From a virus (lineage: Duplodnaviria > Caudoviricetes), in IMG/VR virus record IMGVR_UViG_3300034062_004597, positions 1 to 63,541 of that record: a stretch of DNA of 63,541 bases. One strand, written 5' to 3'. Below are positions 1-8,955 of this stretch, in pieces (position 1 is the first letter of the stretch; each line of letters starts with the position of its first letter). The notes beneath the pieces are model-generated. The model had not been told where the DNA came from, made no database searches, and saw only the letters and a list, made by a program, of their open reading frames with translations. The position numbers were made by a program, and so were the translations under genes.

Positions 1-144
1 CTATTGCTCGTACCAATGGTACTCGTAGCAAGCTGAATCATTTTTTGATTTTGCAGTTGATGGTACTTGTACAGCAGGAAATAGGTTAGCGAAAGCACTG
101 CTGCTGTACAAGCCAAAAATCATTTGTGCTAGTTCTCGTGTCAT
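1..144 (-). CDS. small hypothetical protein (47 aa, MTRELAQMIF...)
   Basis: Read by hand: ATG at 144, TAG at 1-3; CATAAT lies 7 nt upstream, as for neighbouring genes. Confidence 0.35.
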   Translation of the reverse strand: MTRELAQMIFGLYSSSAFANLFPAVQVPSTAKSKNDSACYEYHWYEQ

Positions 145-176
145 TGTTTTTATTATGTCTCACTTTTCGGGAATCT

Positions 177-896
177 TTAGTGAATTTTACCCCAAGCCTC
201 TGCTTCTTCACGCGTCTTGTGGCAATTGCCTACCCCAAGCCATCCATAGTCGGAATTCAGTCCATGCCAAATCATTGAATGTGTGACTTGACTAGCAGAA
301 AGCCACACATAGTAACGCTCACCGTCATTCGGTACCCAAGGTCTACCAGTCTTCCTCGGAATACCAGCAGCTTCACACTTCCCATCACTCCAACTAGCTA
401 CAGTTCGTTCAGCATTGTCAAGTTGTCTTTCCAACCACTCAGGCATAGGCGTAACAGTTGTTTTCTTCAAACAAGAATACCCTAGCTCGGGAGCGTCAAC
501 TCCGTCTGCTGAAACACATGAAATTGCTTCTGCCAAATTTTTCTTCAGCCTACGAGCAAGACTTCCACGACCGTATTGTTCTCGCTGATGTTCGACCAGT
601 CGTTTAATGTCAAATTCGTCAATGCCAGGTTTTGTGTAAAACGATCTGTACGGTGCTTTTAAGAATGGTGTAACCTCTGTAACACTTGCACTGTCAATTG
701 TTACTATCTCATCTTTTTCTCGATCTAAAGCATTTTCGGCATCGAAAACGTTGTACTCTTCCTCAAAAGATTCAGGTACCGAGAATCCGCAGTAGTTCTC
801 ATCACTGTCAAAGTCCTCACCCCTGTTAATCGAAATGGTGCCTCTGACATGCAGATCGAACAGCAAAGCCTTGTCTTCGTTAGTTAGCTGCTCCAC
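177..896 (-). CDS. hypothetical phage protein
   Basis: 239-aa ORF in a coupled minus-strand run; C-terminal GNCHKTREEAEA resembles a common phage hypothetical motif. Confidence 0.7.
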   Translation of the reverse strand: MEQLTNEDKALLFDLHVRGTISINRGEDFDSDENYCGFSVPESFEEEYNVFDAENALDREKDEIVTIDSASVTEVTPFLKAPYRSFYTKPGIDEFDIKRLVEHQREQYGRGSLARRLKKNLAEAISCVSADGVDAPELGYSCLKKTTVTPMPEWLERQLDNAERTVASWSDGKCEAAGIPRKTGRPWVPNDGERYYVWLSASQVTHSMIWHGLNSDYGWLGVGNCHKTREEAEAWGKIH

Positions 897-1098
897 GTAA
901 CACCTTTATAAAGACCATAACTACAAGTGGCAACCAACCGATTGTTACATATAAAAATGCCAAAATGCTAGCCCAAATGTTAGTTGTCAGGTTAACTTTC
1001 GCCCCGTCCACTTCTACTTGTGGGTTGTAGAACAAAAATCCGTATGTTGCGAGTGCTGCCCCCAACGCTACGTAAATGATTAAAATGTTTTGAATCAT
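880..1098 (-). CDS. small membrane protein (2 TM segments)
   Basis: 72 aa with two long hydrophobic stretches; GATAAT 6 nt before ATG. Confidence 0.6.
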   Translation of the reverse strand: MIQNILIIYVALGAALATYGFLFYNPQVEVDGAKVNLTTNIWASILAFLYVTIGWLPLVVMVFIKVLRGAAN

Positions 1099-1130
1099 GT
1101 TTTTATTATCCGTGTGTTTCTCAAAAAACT

Positions 1131-1679
1131 TTAGACTAATTCCAAAATTTCTTGCAATGTGTACTTCTTTTGAAGTGCTTTGATACCTCTTTGGTGTCTG
1201 AAGTAAGCTGTGGGCTTTGGGATTTTTAGCCTTTCAGCTATCTCCTCGAACGTTATGTCTTCCTCGTATCGTAACTTGATAATAGCAGCTTGATCATCTG
1301 GCAGCAGTGCCAGTAGTTCTTCTGACAGCCTTTCATCTTTGGATTGCTGGGCTTCAACTTTGCTTTCCAGAAAGTCATAGTAGCTTTCACCGCTAACCTC
1401 ATCGGTACTGGGAATGAAGTTGCATTCCAAAAGTTCCTTAGTCACTTTGTCCTTGGAGATAGCTCTTAGGTAGTCTTTCCAGATGCTGCTCATAATCTGC
1501 TGCTTGCAGTTGTTGATAGCATGTGGTTGAGCAGCAATTTTGTCCCTGTTTTGCCAGACCTTGATCCTGTAATCCTGCATAAAGTCTTCATATTGCTCAT
1601 ACTTCCCAATCACTTTTGATCTGAAGAACTTAGAGGCTGCTTTCTCACAGTAAATCTTGTCGTTAATAACCTTCAACAT
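1131..1679 (-). CDS. sigma-70 family (ECF-like) RNA polymerase sigma factor
   Basis: Region-2-like YEDFMQDYRIKVW and region-4 HTH LPDDQAAIIKLRYEEDITFEEIAERLKIP...RGIKALQK. Confidence 0.75.
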   Translation of the reverse strand: MLKVINDKIYCEKAASKFFRSKVIGKYEQYEDFMQDYRIKVWQNRDKIAAQPHAINNCKQQIMSSIWKDYLRAISKDKVTKELLECNFIPSTDEVSGESYYDFLESKVEAQQSKDERLSEELLALLPDDQAAIIKLRYEEDITFEEIAERLKIPKPTAYFRHQRGIKALQKKYTLQEILELV

Positions 1680-1758
1680 CCCCCGAAAGTTTGGAATTTA
1701 CAAAGCAAAGAATTGCAACGATCATAGCAATGACCAGACCAGTAAGGAGTTCAATCAA
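1663..1758 (-). CDS. putative 31-aa single-TM peptide (MIELLTGLVIAMIVAILCFVNSKLSGDVEGY)
   Basis: Fills the gap between two genes; TTG start overlaps the upstream stop; below the ORF-track cutoff. Confidence 0.35.
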   Translation of the reverse strand: MIELLTGLVIAMIVAILCFVNSKLSGDVEGY

Positions 1759-2029
1759 GTTTGTTCTCCCGCATATAGGCAATGATCTTCGCCGCCGCAG
1801 CCTCAAATTCGCCTTTAAGTTCTTTACCTGCAGGTAGATGCTGCATCAGCGCACTTTTAACAGCCCAATCGAGTCTATGCCCGTAGTATCCATGCTCTTT
1901 CCATTCAAGAACCTCTGGGCCGTCCTTCTTCTTGACGATTCTTACTACCTCTACTGCGTAGTTGAGTGGATCGGCCTTGACTATTCGTACTTGTCCTTCT
2001 TTTAACTTCGGTGTTGCTTTACTTGCCAT
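1751..2029 (-). CDS. hypothetical phage protein
   Basis: MASKATP... start chosen (CACAAT 6 nt upstream); D.LN...E.W...GYY pattern typical of small phage proteins. Confidence 0.65.
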   Translation of the reverse strand: MASKATPKLKEGQVRIVKADPLNYAVEVVRIVKKKDGPEVLEWKEHGYYGHRLDWAVKSALMQHLPAGKELKGEFEAAAAKIIAYMRENKLD

Positions 2030-2060
2030 GATATTATTGTGGTTTGTCAGTTGTAAATCT

Positions 2061-2249
2061 TCAGTGGATTTTCCAAATTGCTTTTTGATCCGTCGGTGTG
2101 GGTCGCCAAACTCGCTGTGAATCTCCTGCGTAGCACAAGATAGTGCCGTCCTTAGCTCGGTACAAGTACAACCCACTTAGCCCTGGATGGGTTACTTTGG
2201 CGTTCTTTTTAGTCTGTAGATGCGCAACTGCCTGACCGTAATCCATCAA
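2061..2249 (-). CDS. DUF2829 / Tad2-like small protein
   Basis: MDYGQAVAHL...V...GLYLY...WRPTPTDQKAIW follows the DUF2829 pattern (M.FG.A...L...W.PSQ.D..A.DW). Confidence 0.5.
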   Translation of the reverse strand: MMDYGQAVAHLQTKKNAKVTHPGLSGLYLYRAKDGTILCYAGDSQRVWRPTPTDQKAIWKIH

Positions 2250-2581
2250 TACTTCTTGCCCCCTTCCTTAGCTCGGTTCTCGCGCTTGTGATCTTCCCTG
2301 TGTGCGTTGTACGCCATCTTCTCGGCTACAGCACCTTCCAGATCATAGCCCTTGAGTCCGCAGTAATCGCAGATGCGGATAAAGGCATCAGCAAGTTCAA
2401 CTTCAGCCATCTTTCGGTGTGGTAGCTTGTCGTCCATAAGACCCTTGCGATCCCCTTCCATCGCTTCCGCGATTTCGCTAACCATCAGCATAAAAAATGT
2501 ACCGTCTTCCCTTGGAGTGTCGTGCCAACCAGCATCACGAGCGGCCTTGTGGCAAATGTTTACGTAGTTATTCAATTCCAT
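2246..2581 (-). CDS. MazG-like NTP pyrophosphohydrolase
   Basis: SEIAEAME...ELADAFIRICD...KMAYN; start placed 7 nt after GGTAGAAT. Confidence 0.8.
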   Translation of the reverse strand: MELNNYVNICHKAARDAGWHDTPREDGTFFMLMVSEIAEAMEGDRKGLMDDKLPHRKMAEVELADAFIRICDYCGLKGYDLEGAVAEKMAYNAHREDHKRENRAKEGGKKY

Positions 2582-2630
2582 TGTTATTATTCTACCTGAA
2601 TCTTTTTTCAACTTCAGGCATAATACTAAT

Positions 2631-3032
2631 GTGAGAATGATTACATGGCCCGGAAAATGGTCTGCAGACGATGTTCTGAACCATCCCGATTACTGTTTCC
2701 TGTACGGAGACAACCTGATGCAAGTGGGTTACGCAGGGCAAGCCTGCATTCGAGGGTTACCCAACACCCACGGAATCCCAACAAAGCGAAGACCTGGAAT
2801 GGACGACGCTACCGACTTCTTTTCTGATCGGTACTACGATGTGTGCTGTGCGCACATTCAGCAAGCCTTTGAGGACATTCCTAGAGGCTACCTAGCCTAT
2901 GTGGTATCAGAAGCTGGTCTAGGCACTGGACTGGCACAACTAGAGTCTCGCGCACCAAGAGTTTACGGATTCTTGCAGCAACAACTACTGAAATTTGAGA
3001 TTGAAATTGATGATGAAATTATTAAAGACTGA
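2631..3032 (+). CDS. conserved phage protein, macrodomain-like
   Basis: FLYGDN..G.AGQA.IRG.PN..GIPTK and GLGTGLA glycine-rich loop; GTG 6 nt after GGCATAAT. Confidence 0.65.
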   Translation: MRMITWPGKWSADDVLNHPDYCFLYGDNLMQVGYAGQACIRGLPNTHGIPTKRRPGMDDATDFFSDRYYDVCCAHIQQAFEDIPRGYLAYVVSEAGLGTGLAQLESRAPRVYGFLQQQLLKFEIEIDDEIIKD

Positions 3033-3390
3033 ACGCGAAATGCACCTATTCGTACACGCCTGGATTACGCAGTTTGAGACTGCTCCAGCGTTCTACATGA
3101 CCTGCGTAAATGGAGAAGACAATGATACGCTAACCATGCTGTCACCATCCAACTTCCTAGCTTATGATCAGGTTAGCCTAGCTCCACAGGATCAGTTGGG
3201 CTGTGTGTACACGTCCAAGCCGTTTGAAAGCCTCACAGAGAGCCTGTACAACTTCATCCACACAATGGAAGGCTATGCGTTTTGTATTGATGAGTCTGTT
3301 AAGCTCAACAAGAACTTCACACCAAAGTATACTGAGCTACACTACAGCAAGCCTTTTGCGGAGCTTCACGTTACTGGCATCCACAATTAG
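3010..3390 (+). CDS. hypothetical protein
   Basis: ORF overlapping the upstream gene end; start uncertain. Confidence 0.55.
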   Translation: MMKLLKTEREMHLFVHAWITQFETAPAFYMTCVNGEDNDTLTMLSPSNFLAYDQVSLAPQDQLGCVYTSKPFESLTESLYNFIHTMEGYAFCIDESVKLNKNFTPKYTELHYSKPFAELHVTGIHN

Positions 3391-3598
3391 CGTCTACCAA
3401 AGCACGGACACTGGTTCTAATCATAGGGCCAGTGTAATTTTTTATCAGGCTTGCGTAATCAACCGTAGCAAGGCTAGGCGATTCTTGCTCTTTCCTGAGA
3501 AGTACGGTTAGGTCTTCATCTACGTCAATAAGCTCGTAGAGTCCCCCACCGTACTTATGGCACCACATGGAGCCTTTTAGTTTAGAAGCGTTCTGCAT
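3371..3598 (-). CDS. hypothetical protein
   Basis: 75-aa ORF coupled to 3582..3974. Confidence 0.5.
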   Translation of the reverse strand: MQNASKLKGSMWCHKYGGGLYELIDVDEDLTVLLRKEQESPSLATVDYASLIKNYTGPMIRTSVRALVDANCGCQ

Positions 3599-3974
3599 CG
3601 CGTACCACTAATGTGTAACTTCCACGGTACTTCAGGAAGTCACTAGCGTTGTGCATACCAAATTCCTCATCTGGCACTAAGTTAGCACCTTCAAACTTAT
3701 TGAACACAACGATGTCTTCGTCAAAAGCCTCACCAGACACCGTGATTACCTTTGGTTTACCCTCGTCATCGAGAAAAGCGACAAATTCATTCTCCAATGT
3801 TCCGATGACACCAGCATTTTCCCTCACTACTGTAAAACTTGTCAGGTATCCGTCTTCGATTAGTGCAACTTTTTGCTCCAAATCAATACTTACAACGCGA
3901 TCAGTGACTCGCTGCCCTCGATACAATACTTCGTAGTTCTCTGCGTTTGGTGTGTTTTCGTCTAAAATGTACAT
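3582..3974 (-). CDS. hypothetical protein
   Basis: 130 aa; TGGTATACT 7 nt upstream of ATG. Confidence 0.7.
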   Translation of the reverse strand: MYILDENTPNAENYEVLYRGQRVTDRVVSIDLEQKVALIEDGYLTSFTVVRENAGVIGTLENEFVAFLDDEGKPKVITVSGEAFDEDIVVFNKFEGANLVPDEEFGMHNASDFLKYRGSYTLVVRDAERF

Positions 3975-4044
3975 TATTATAAGTATACCACACCAAAAAT
4001 TTGAACTAGGCTACGGTACAATTAACTTGTACGGATATAACATC

Positions 4045-5214
4045 ATGTTTAGAAAATCAGTGTCCGAAAAAGATCGCGCTTTAGCCGTTCTGCCAAGAAA
4101 AATACGTAACTTTGTCAAAAGCATTGAAGGCTATGACACCTTGACCGAAATCGTAATCGACCTGGGAAGGCCAGCGGTTGCAAGATACTATCACGACGGT
4201 CAAGCATACACCCCCGAACTCCAACCAGATCACACAGTCACGAAACGTGACATAAACCATGTGATGCGTAGAGTATCGAAGGTCTATGACAACAACAGAG
4301 CAGGTATTTACGGTACACTACACCGAGTTGCGGTTCTGCGTGATAGATCAGGCACTGTAACAGGAATCACCATTCGTATTGCTAGGCACATCGAAGACGT
4401 TTTGGTTACAATCCAAGACATCATTGCCGAAGGCAAAAGCATCCTTCTCGTCGGCCCTCCAGGTACGGGTAAAACCTCTAAGCTGCGAAGCGCATGTAAT
4501 CTTCTAGCAAACACATACGATAAGCGTGTGATGATCGTGGACACCTCTAACGAAATTGCAGGTGACTTGGAATCTCCACACTATTCTGTCGGTATGTCCC
4601 GAAGAATCATGGTGCCTCGCAAAGAGAAGCAAGCTGACGTTATGATCGAAGCTATCGAGAACCACACACCAGAAGTGATTGTCATTGACGAAATCAGCTT
4701 GGAGCAAGAAGCTAGAGCAGCCCTTACGTGCGCTGAGCGAGGCGTACAGCTACTTGCGACTGTCCACGGCAATAATCTTGACTCCCTGCTCTACAACTTC
4801 CCTGTGAACATCCTGCTTGGCGGAATTGACACGGTTACTTTGTCTGACGCAGAATCGAAACGACGAGGCACTTCTAAGACTGTACCTGAACGAAAGGTCA
4901 AGGCTGTGTTCGACGTGCTGGTTGAGTTGCAAGACTTTGACCAGGTTGCGATCTACCACAAGCTCGAAGAATGCGTGGACGCCAAGCTACGAGGTCAGAA
5001 GGTTTTGCCTGAAATTCGCCGTAGCGACAAGAAAGGCGGGTACTTGTCAATCCAAAAATTTGACATAAAAGAAGCGTCTGTGCCTAAAGATACGGAAAAT
5101 GAACGTCATACTTATAACAGACATGACGAAATGTATCAAGAAAAAAACCAGTACGGCAGGCGAACGGACTCAGAGGCTAGCAGAAAGGGCCGTAACAACA
5201 AAAGACGCCGATGA
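4045..5214 (+). CDS. Ycf45/SpoIIIAA-like AAA ATPase
   Basis: EIVIDLGRP, TLHR, Walker A GPPGTGKT, VDTSNEIAGD, AIENHTPEVIVIDEI, ERGVQL.ATVHG: a near-complete Ycf45-type motif series. Confidence 0.85.
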   Translation: MFRKSVSEKDRALAVLPRKIRNFVKSIEGYDTLTEIVIDLGRPAVARYYHDGQAYTPELQPDHTVTKRDINHVMRRVSKVYDNNRAGIYGTLHRVAVLRDRSGTVTGITIRIARHIEDVLVTIQDIIAEGKSILLVGPPGTGKTSKLRSACNLLANTYDKRVMIVDTSNEIAGDLESPHYSVGMSRRIMVPRKEKQADVMIEAIENHTPEVIVIDEISLEQEARAALTCAERGVQLLATVHGNNLDSLLYNFPVNILLGGIDTVTLSDAESKRRGTSKTVPERKVKAVFDVLVELQDFDQVAIYHKLEECVDAKLRGQKVLPEIRRSDKKGGYLSIQKFDIKEASVPKDTENERHTYNRHDEMYQEKNQYGRRTDSEASRKGRNNKRRR

Positions 5215-5893
5215 CATCGAGGCACTAAGACAGTCATTCCTAGGGGTTATCAAAACACATGCGGCAAGGTTTGTCGGTAAATCCGAAATGGACGACATCC
5301 TTGCCGCTGGTAATGAAGGATTTATGGTTGCGTTCAACAAGTATGATAAGAGCCGAAGTAACTTCACGACGATGGCGAATAACTGGATCAAGAAGTACAT
5401 GCGCAACGAAGCGATCAATCGTTCTTACTTGATCAAACACCCAGTCGGTATTCTTGATAGAAAATCGAGAGTCATCAGAGCAATCGCAGAATCTAAGCAG
5501 AAGTTTGGTCATGTGGATCAAGCATTTGTGATGGAGACATCTGATGTTCGTGTATGGGAAACCTGTATGGAGCTTGTTGACTTTCAATTCATGGATGTAA
5601 TCTCATTACAATACGGAATGAAAGCAATCCCAGAGAAAGCAGCTACTAACTCTGTACTTGAAAAATCACCACACATGCAACAGAGTGTGGTTATCGACGA
5701 AATTAACAAATACGCTCAGTATACGGTACAATTAACTATGTTGGACGATAGTTTACCTGAAGAATATGTGTCTGTTTTACAAGACATCGAGAATGGCATG
5801 TCCATTAAGGGAATTGCTCGTAAGTATAGTCTTACCGAAAACAAGGCCGCTGAACTTGTAGAAGGAGTTAAAGAAATTGAAGACAATCGCTAA
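5123..5893 (+). CDS. sigma-70 family sigma factor (regions 2 and 4)
   Basis: DDILAAGNEGFMVAFNKYD...FTTMANNWIK (region 2); C-terminal HTH GMSIKGIARKY; start uncertain (5099 or 5123). Confidence 0.8.
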   Translation: MTKCIKKKTSTAGERTQRLAERAVTTKDADDIEALRQSFLGVIKTHAARFVGKSEMDDILAAGNEGFMVAFNKYDKSRSNFTTMANNWIKKYMRNEAINRSYLIKHPVGILDRKSRVIRAIAESKQKFGHVDQAFVMETSDVRVWETCMELVDFQFMDVISLQYGMKAIPEKAATNSVLEKSPHMQQSVVIDEINKYAQYTVQLTMLDDSLPEEYVSVLQDIENGMSIKGIARKYSLTENKAAELVEGVKEIEDNR

Positions 5894-5897
5894 TTTG

Positions 5898-6191
5898 ATG
5901 GATGGAATCGTTCGTGGATACCCATATAGCTTTCGAGTTAAGCTAACACCCGCTGTTTCCTACACCTCATGCACGATCAACATTCGTAAGCCAATCAACG
6001 ACAACATTGTGACCGTTACGGCTACAAGTATTGCTGACGGATACGCAAACTTCACTTTGTCAGGCGTAAATACGGCCCTGCTTGTCGAAACAGAGCCATA
6101 CTTCACTTACTTTGTGCTTGCTACGAGAACAGACACTTCGCTCGAACCCATCATAAGCAATGGGATTCTTTTCGCGCTAAACCCAGCTTAG
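5898..6191 (+). CDS. small beta-sandwich protein, BppU/Ig-like
   Basis: IVRG..Y.F.V...G.A.FTL...T..L...Y...G.L pattern. Confidence 0.5.
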   Translation: MDGIVRGYPYSFRVKLTPAVSYTSCTINIRKPINDNIVTVTATSIADGYANFTLSGVNTALLVETEPYFTYFVLATRTDTSLEPIISNGILFALNPA

Positions 6192-6786
6192 TAGCTGTAG
6201 CGTCCCACGAAGTTTTGCTGATTCTTTCCAGCATATCCAAACCAGAACTTCGGTCATTGTGGATAAACCAATCAACCAGATTTTCTGGAATACCTTGCTC
6301 AGAGCTATGCTGCTGAGCAACGGTGCTTATGGTATTCAGTATTGGGTCGGTACCGATCATCTGCACAATCACACCGCCATTGTCAATGATCCATTGAGCC
6401 TCGAAGTCATATCGTACGTCAGGCACAATGATAACCTTGTGGCTTAGGATTCCAAGGTCTTCTGTTGGGTAAGTACATTCCTTCGTCATGTTCTCTACCC
6501 AATAAGTTTGCCAACCACCGAGCAATGGTTCTTTGTACAGATCACCTACCGTAATCATCAGAGGTCGAAGAATTTCCTTGATTTCATCTCCACGCTCCGG
6601 TGCCAGACCGTAGAAGTAATCGAGAGGGAATCCTGTCATCTCTGCGCATTTCTGTTTGAGATAGTCAGCAAAAGCCTTAATCTCAACCATGCAACTGTAG
6701 TTCTGCTCAAGATAAACTTTCGTCAAATCGGCATACGTGTTCTTTCCACTACGGGCTTTACCCGCTACTCCAATGTATTTAATCAT
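6151..6786 (-). CDS. deoxynucleoside monophosphate kinase
   Basis: GVAGKARSGKNT, AFADYLK, VPDVRY.FEA, HSSE. Confidence 0.9.
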   Translation of the reverse strand: MIKYIGVAGKARSGKNTYADLTKVYLEQNYSCMVEIKAFADYLKQKCAEMTGFPLDYFYGLAPERGDEIKEILRPLMITVGDLYKEPLLGGWQTYWVENMTKECTYPTEDLGILSHKVIIVPDVRYDFEAQWIIDNGGVIVQMIGTDPILNTISTVAQQHSSEQGIPENLVDWFIHNDRSSGLDMLERISKTSWDATATKLGLARKESHCL

Positions 6787-6787
6787 T

Positions 6788-8191
6788 TTATTCTGGTTCC
6801 GCTCCCCCAACCACAACACCTGCGAGTGTTTCTGGATCGAGTTGTTCTGCTGCTTTCGCATACATGTCTCTGTAAAGCTGTGCGTACTTGTAGTGCGCTC
6901 CTGGCCCTGTCCGTAATTCTACCTCATAGACAAATTGCGCAAGGCTACAAACTCTTCGGTACTGGTGTGTTGTACCAAAGTTCGTGAAGTACATGTAATG
7001 CGCGTCAAAACTTTCAAGAAGATTTTGTGTCTGCTCCACACCGTAATCAAACATGCAAAGTTCAGAATACTCGTCCATATTGTTTCGTAGGAACTCTGAG
7101 GCTTCAGGGTCTTCGCTGATCGGACAGTAGAATCCGTGTGCATCCATAATGCAAGAACGCATACCTTGCCTGTGCCTATTCACGTCTCGCATTTCAGCCA
7201 TGCTGATCGAGTTGAACCGCATTCGCACAGTGCTATCAAGCGCACCGACCAAAGGACTACAGTACCTGTTGTTTCTGGTTGCAAATTCGTTACCTTCCGT
7301 GAAGTCGCTCAGGATGTCAATTCCTACCTCTCCATCTGCTGGAACTGCTGCCCATGATGCTTGTTCGATCATGGAGGCAAAGTATTCAGCGTGTGATTGC
7401 TTAGCTACAGCATGTCGTACAAAGTTTGGAGATACAAGTCGAAGCTCATCCACAATTAGGTTGCCAAGATCATTGAATTCGAGTAATTGGTGAGACAGTA
7501 AGTGAGATGCTAGCCTTGCCCATTCCCTGGAACTCATCACGAGCATCATGTTCGTCAAGGCTGTTACTGGAAGGTACACTCTAGCTCTGTCAAAAGCATA
7601 GTTCCTAGTGAGTCGGTCAACAACCTTCTTGTCTGCAGCTTGCTCCCCGGTTAGATTGATTAGATTGGCGATACCACCTCTGCTCTCGGCGTATTCAAAC
7701 CAGAACTTACGTGCTAGATTGTAGCAGGCAAAACTTTCACTTGCATGTGTAAATATATCTTCCCCGAATGATTCGTTTTCAAAATAATACGAATCCATGA
7801 TAGAGTCCATGACGGTGCTGTTCCATTCTTCCGATTCTGGTGTCAGTCCGAGTGGAACCATCGGAAGATACCGTGTGCTGGATTCTTGACCGTTAGTTGC
7901 TTGACATGTGTACCAGACAAAATATGCCAAATACATCGAGATACCGTCCATGAACATAGCCACTGGAACCATGTCTGCGATAGATTGGTGTCCGTAGTCA
8001 GTATGCTTGAAGATGCGTTCGATACTGGCATCTGGGTTGTCAAGATCGACTTTAGCCATGATAGCATCTAGTCCATCATTTGATCTGCTGTACTTAGCAC
8101 CAATAGAAGCCAGGAGTTCTGGTGGCACTGCTGGCCTTCCAGCTTCTGTTGCGCCCTTGCTCGGGCAGATTGAAACTTGTGTTACTTTCAT
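6788..8191 (-). CDS. thyX: flavin-dependent thymidylate synthase, long two-domain type
   Basis: AKYSRS, YGHQSIAD, QESSTRY, FDRARVYLP...T and second-half RDVNRHR. Confidence 0.85.
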   Translation of the reverse strand: MKVTQVSICPSKGATEAGRPAVPPELLASIGAKYSRSNDGLDAIMAKVDLDNPDASIERIFKHTDYGHQSIADMVPVAMFMDGISMYLAYFVWYTCQATNGQESSTRYLPMVPLGLTPESEEWNSTVMDSIMDSYYFENESFGEDIFTHASESFACYNLARKFWFEYAESRGGIANLINLTGEQAADKKVVDRLTRNYAFDRARVYLPVTALTNMMLVMSSREWARLASHLLSHQLLEFNDLGNLIVDELRLVSPNFVRHAVAKQSHAEYFASMIEQASWAAVPADGEVGIDILSDFTEGNEFATRNNRYCSPLVGALDSTVRMRFNSISMAEMRDVNRHRQGMRSCIMDAHGFYCPISEDPEASEFLRNNMDEYSELCMFDYGVEQTQNLLESFDAHYMYFTNFGTTHQYRRVCSLAQFVYEVELRTGPGAHYKYAQLYRDMYAKAAEQLDPETLAGVVVGGAEPE

Positions 8192-8231
8192 GCTTGTGAG
8201 TATTGTACCTCAAACGTGGTAACTAATTACT

Positions 8232-8654
8232 ATGGACGAAACTTCTGTATCCCTTGAATCAATCTTGAAACCGTACCCAAAACCAATGGTCGGCAAGACA
8301 GTAAATCTCACCTGTGTCTACATCACCCACATTGGCTGCAGACTTATTTTCAGAGAGAGATTGCCGCTGACTCCTGAAGAGATTCCTGGTGCTAAGACAA
8401 AGGCAAATAAGCAGGGAACCACTGCAAACATTCTTTGGGACTGGGACATGGAACGCTGCATTGAATTGATCAGAAGTCTTTTGCAAGAAAAAGGCTATAA
8501 GCTGGACACAAGCAACATGCGGATCATGTACAGCAAAGCGTATCACACGGATAGCTATTCCAGACAAAGTGGGGGTACAAAAAGGGCAGGAAACAGTCCT
8601 GTCTTCCTGCCCTATAGCTCAGTTCGAGAGAATATTACGCTTGAACTCGCTTAA
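8232..8654 (+). CDS. hypothetical protein
   Basis: 140-aa ORF divergent from thyX. Confidence 0.6.
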   Translation: MDETSVSLESILKPYPKPMVGKTVNLTCVYITHIGCRLIFRERLPLTPEEIPGAKTKANKQGTTANILWDWDMERCIELIRSLLQEKGYKLDTSNMRIMYSKAYHTDSYSRQSGGTKRAGNSPVFLPYSSVRENITLELA

Positions 8655-8922
8655 TCTTCAAGAACACGTTAGCATCTTCGATACCAGCTACAAGATTACC
8701 AAAGAATGGAATCTTAGCTGCGAGTGCTTTGATGACAGCAGGCTTGAGTGGAATGTCTGCTTCACCGTCTGGCGAACCGTCAACTAGGTCGTATTGCATC
8801 ACGAGGGCTTCAATGACCAGTTCTACGGTGTCGTCTAGGTCTACGATTTGGTCGATTGGCGTCAATCGAAGAGGGGTACTCTTGGACTCTACACCGATTT
8901 GGATTTTGAGTTTTTGCTTCAT
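8635..8922 (-). CDS. hypothetical protein
   Basis: 95-aa ORF with ATG start. Confidence 0.55.
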   Translation of the reverse strand: MKQKLKIQIGVESKSTPLRLTPIDQIVDLDDTVELVIEALVMQYDLVDGSPDGEADIPLKPAVIKALAAKIPFFGNLVAGIEDANVFLKIKRVQA

Positions 8923-8955
8923 AGGTTTCTCGGAGGAATTTATCCTCTAATCTGA

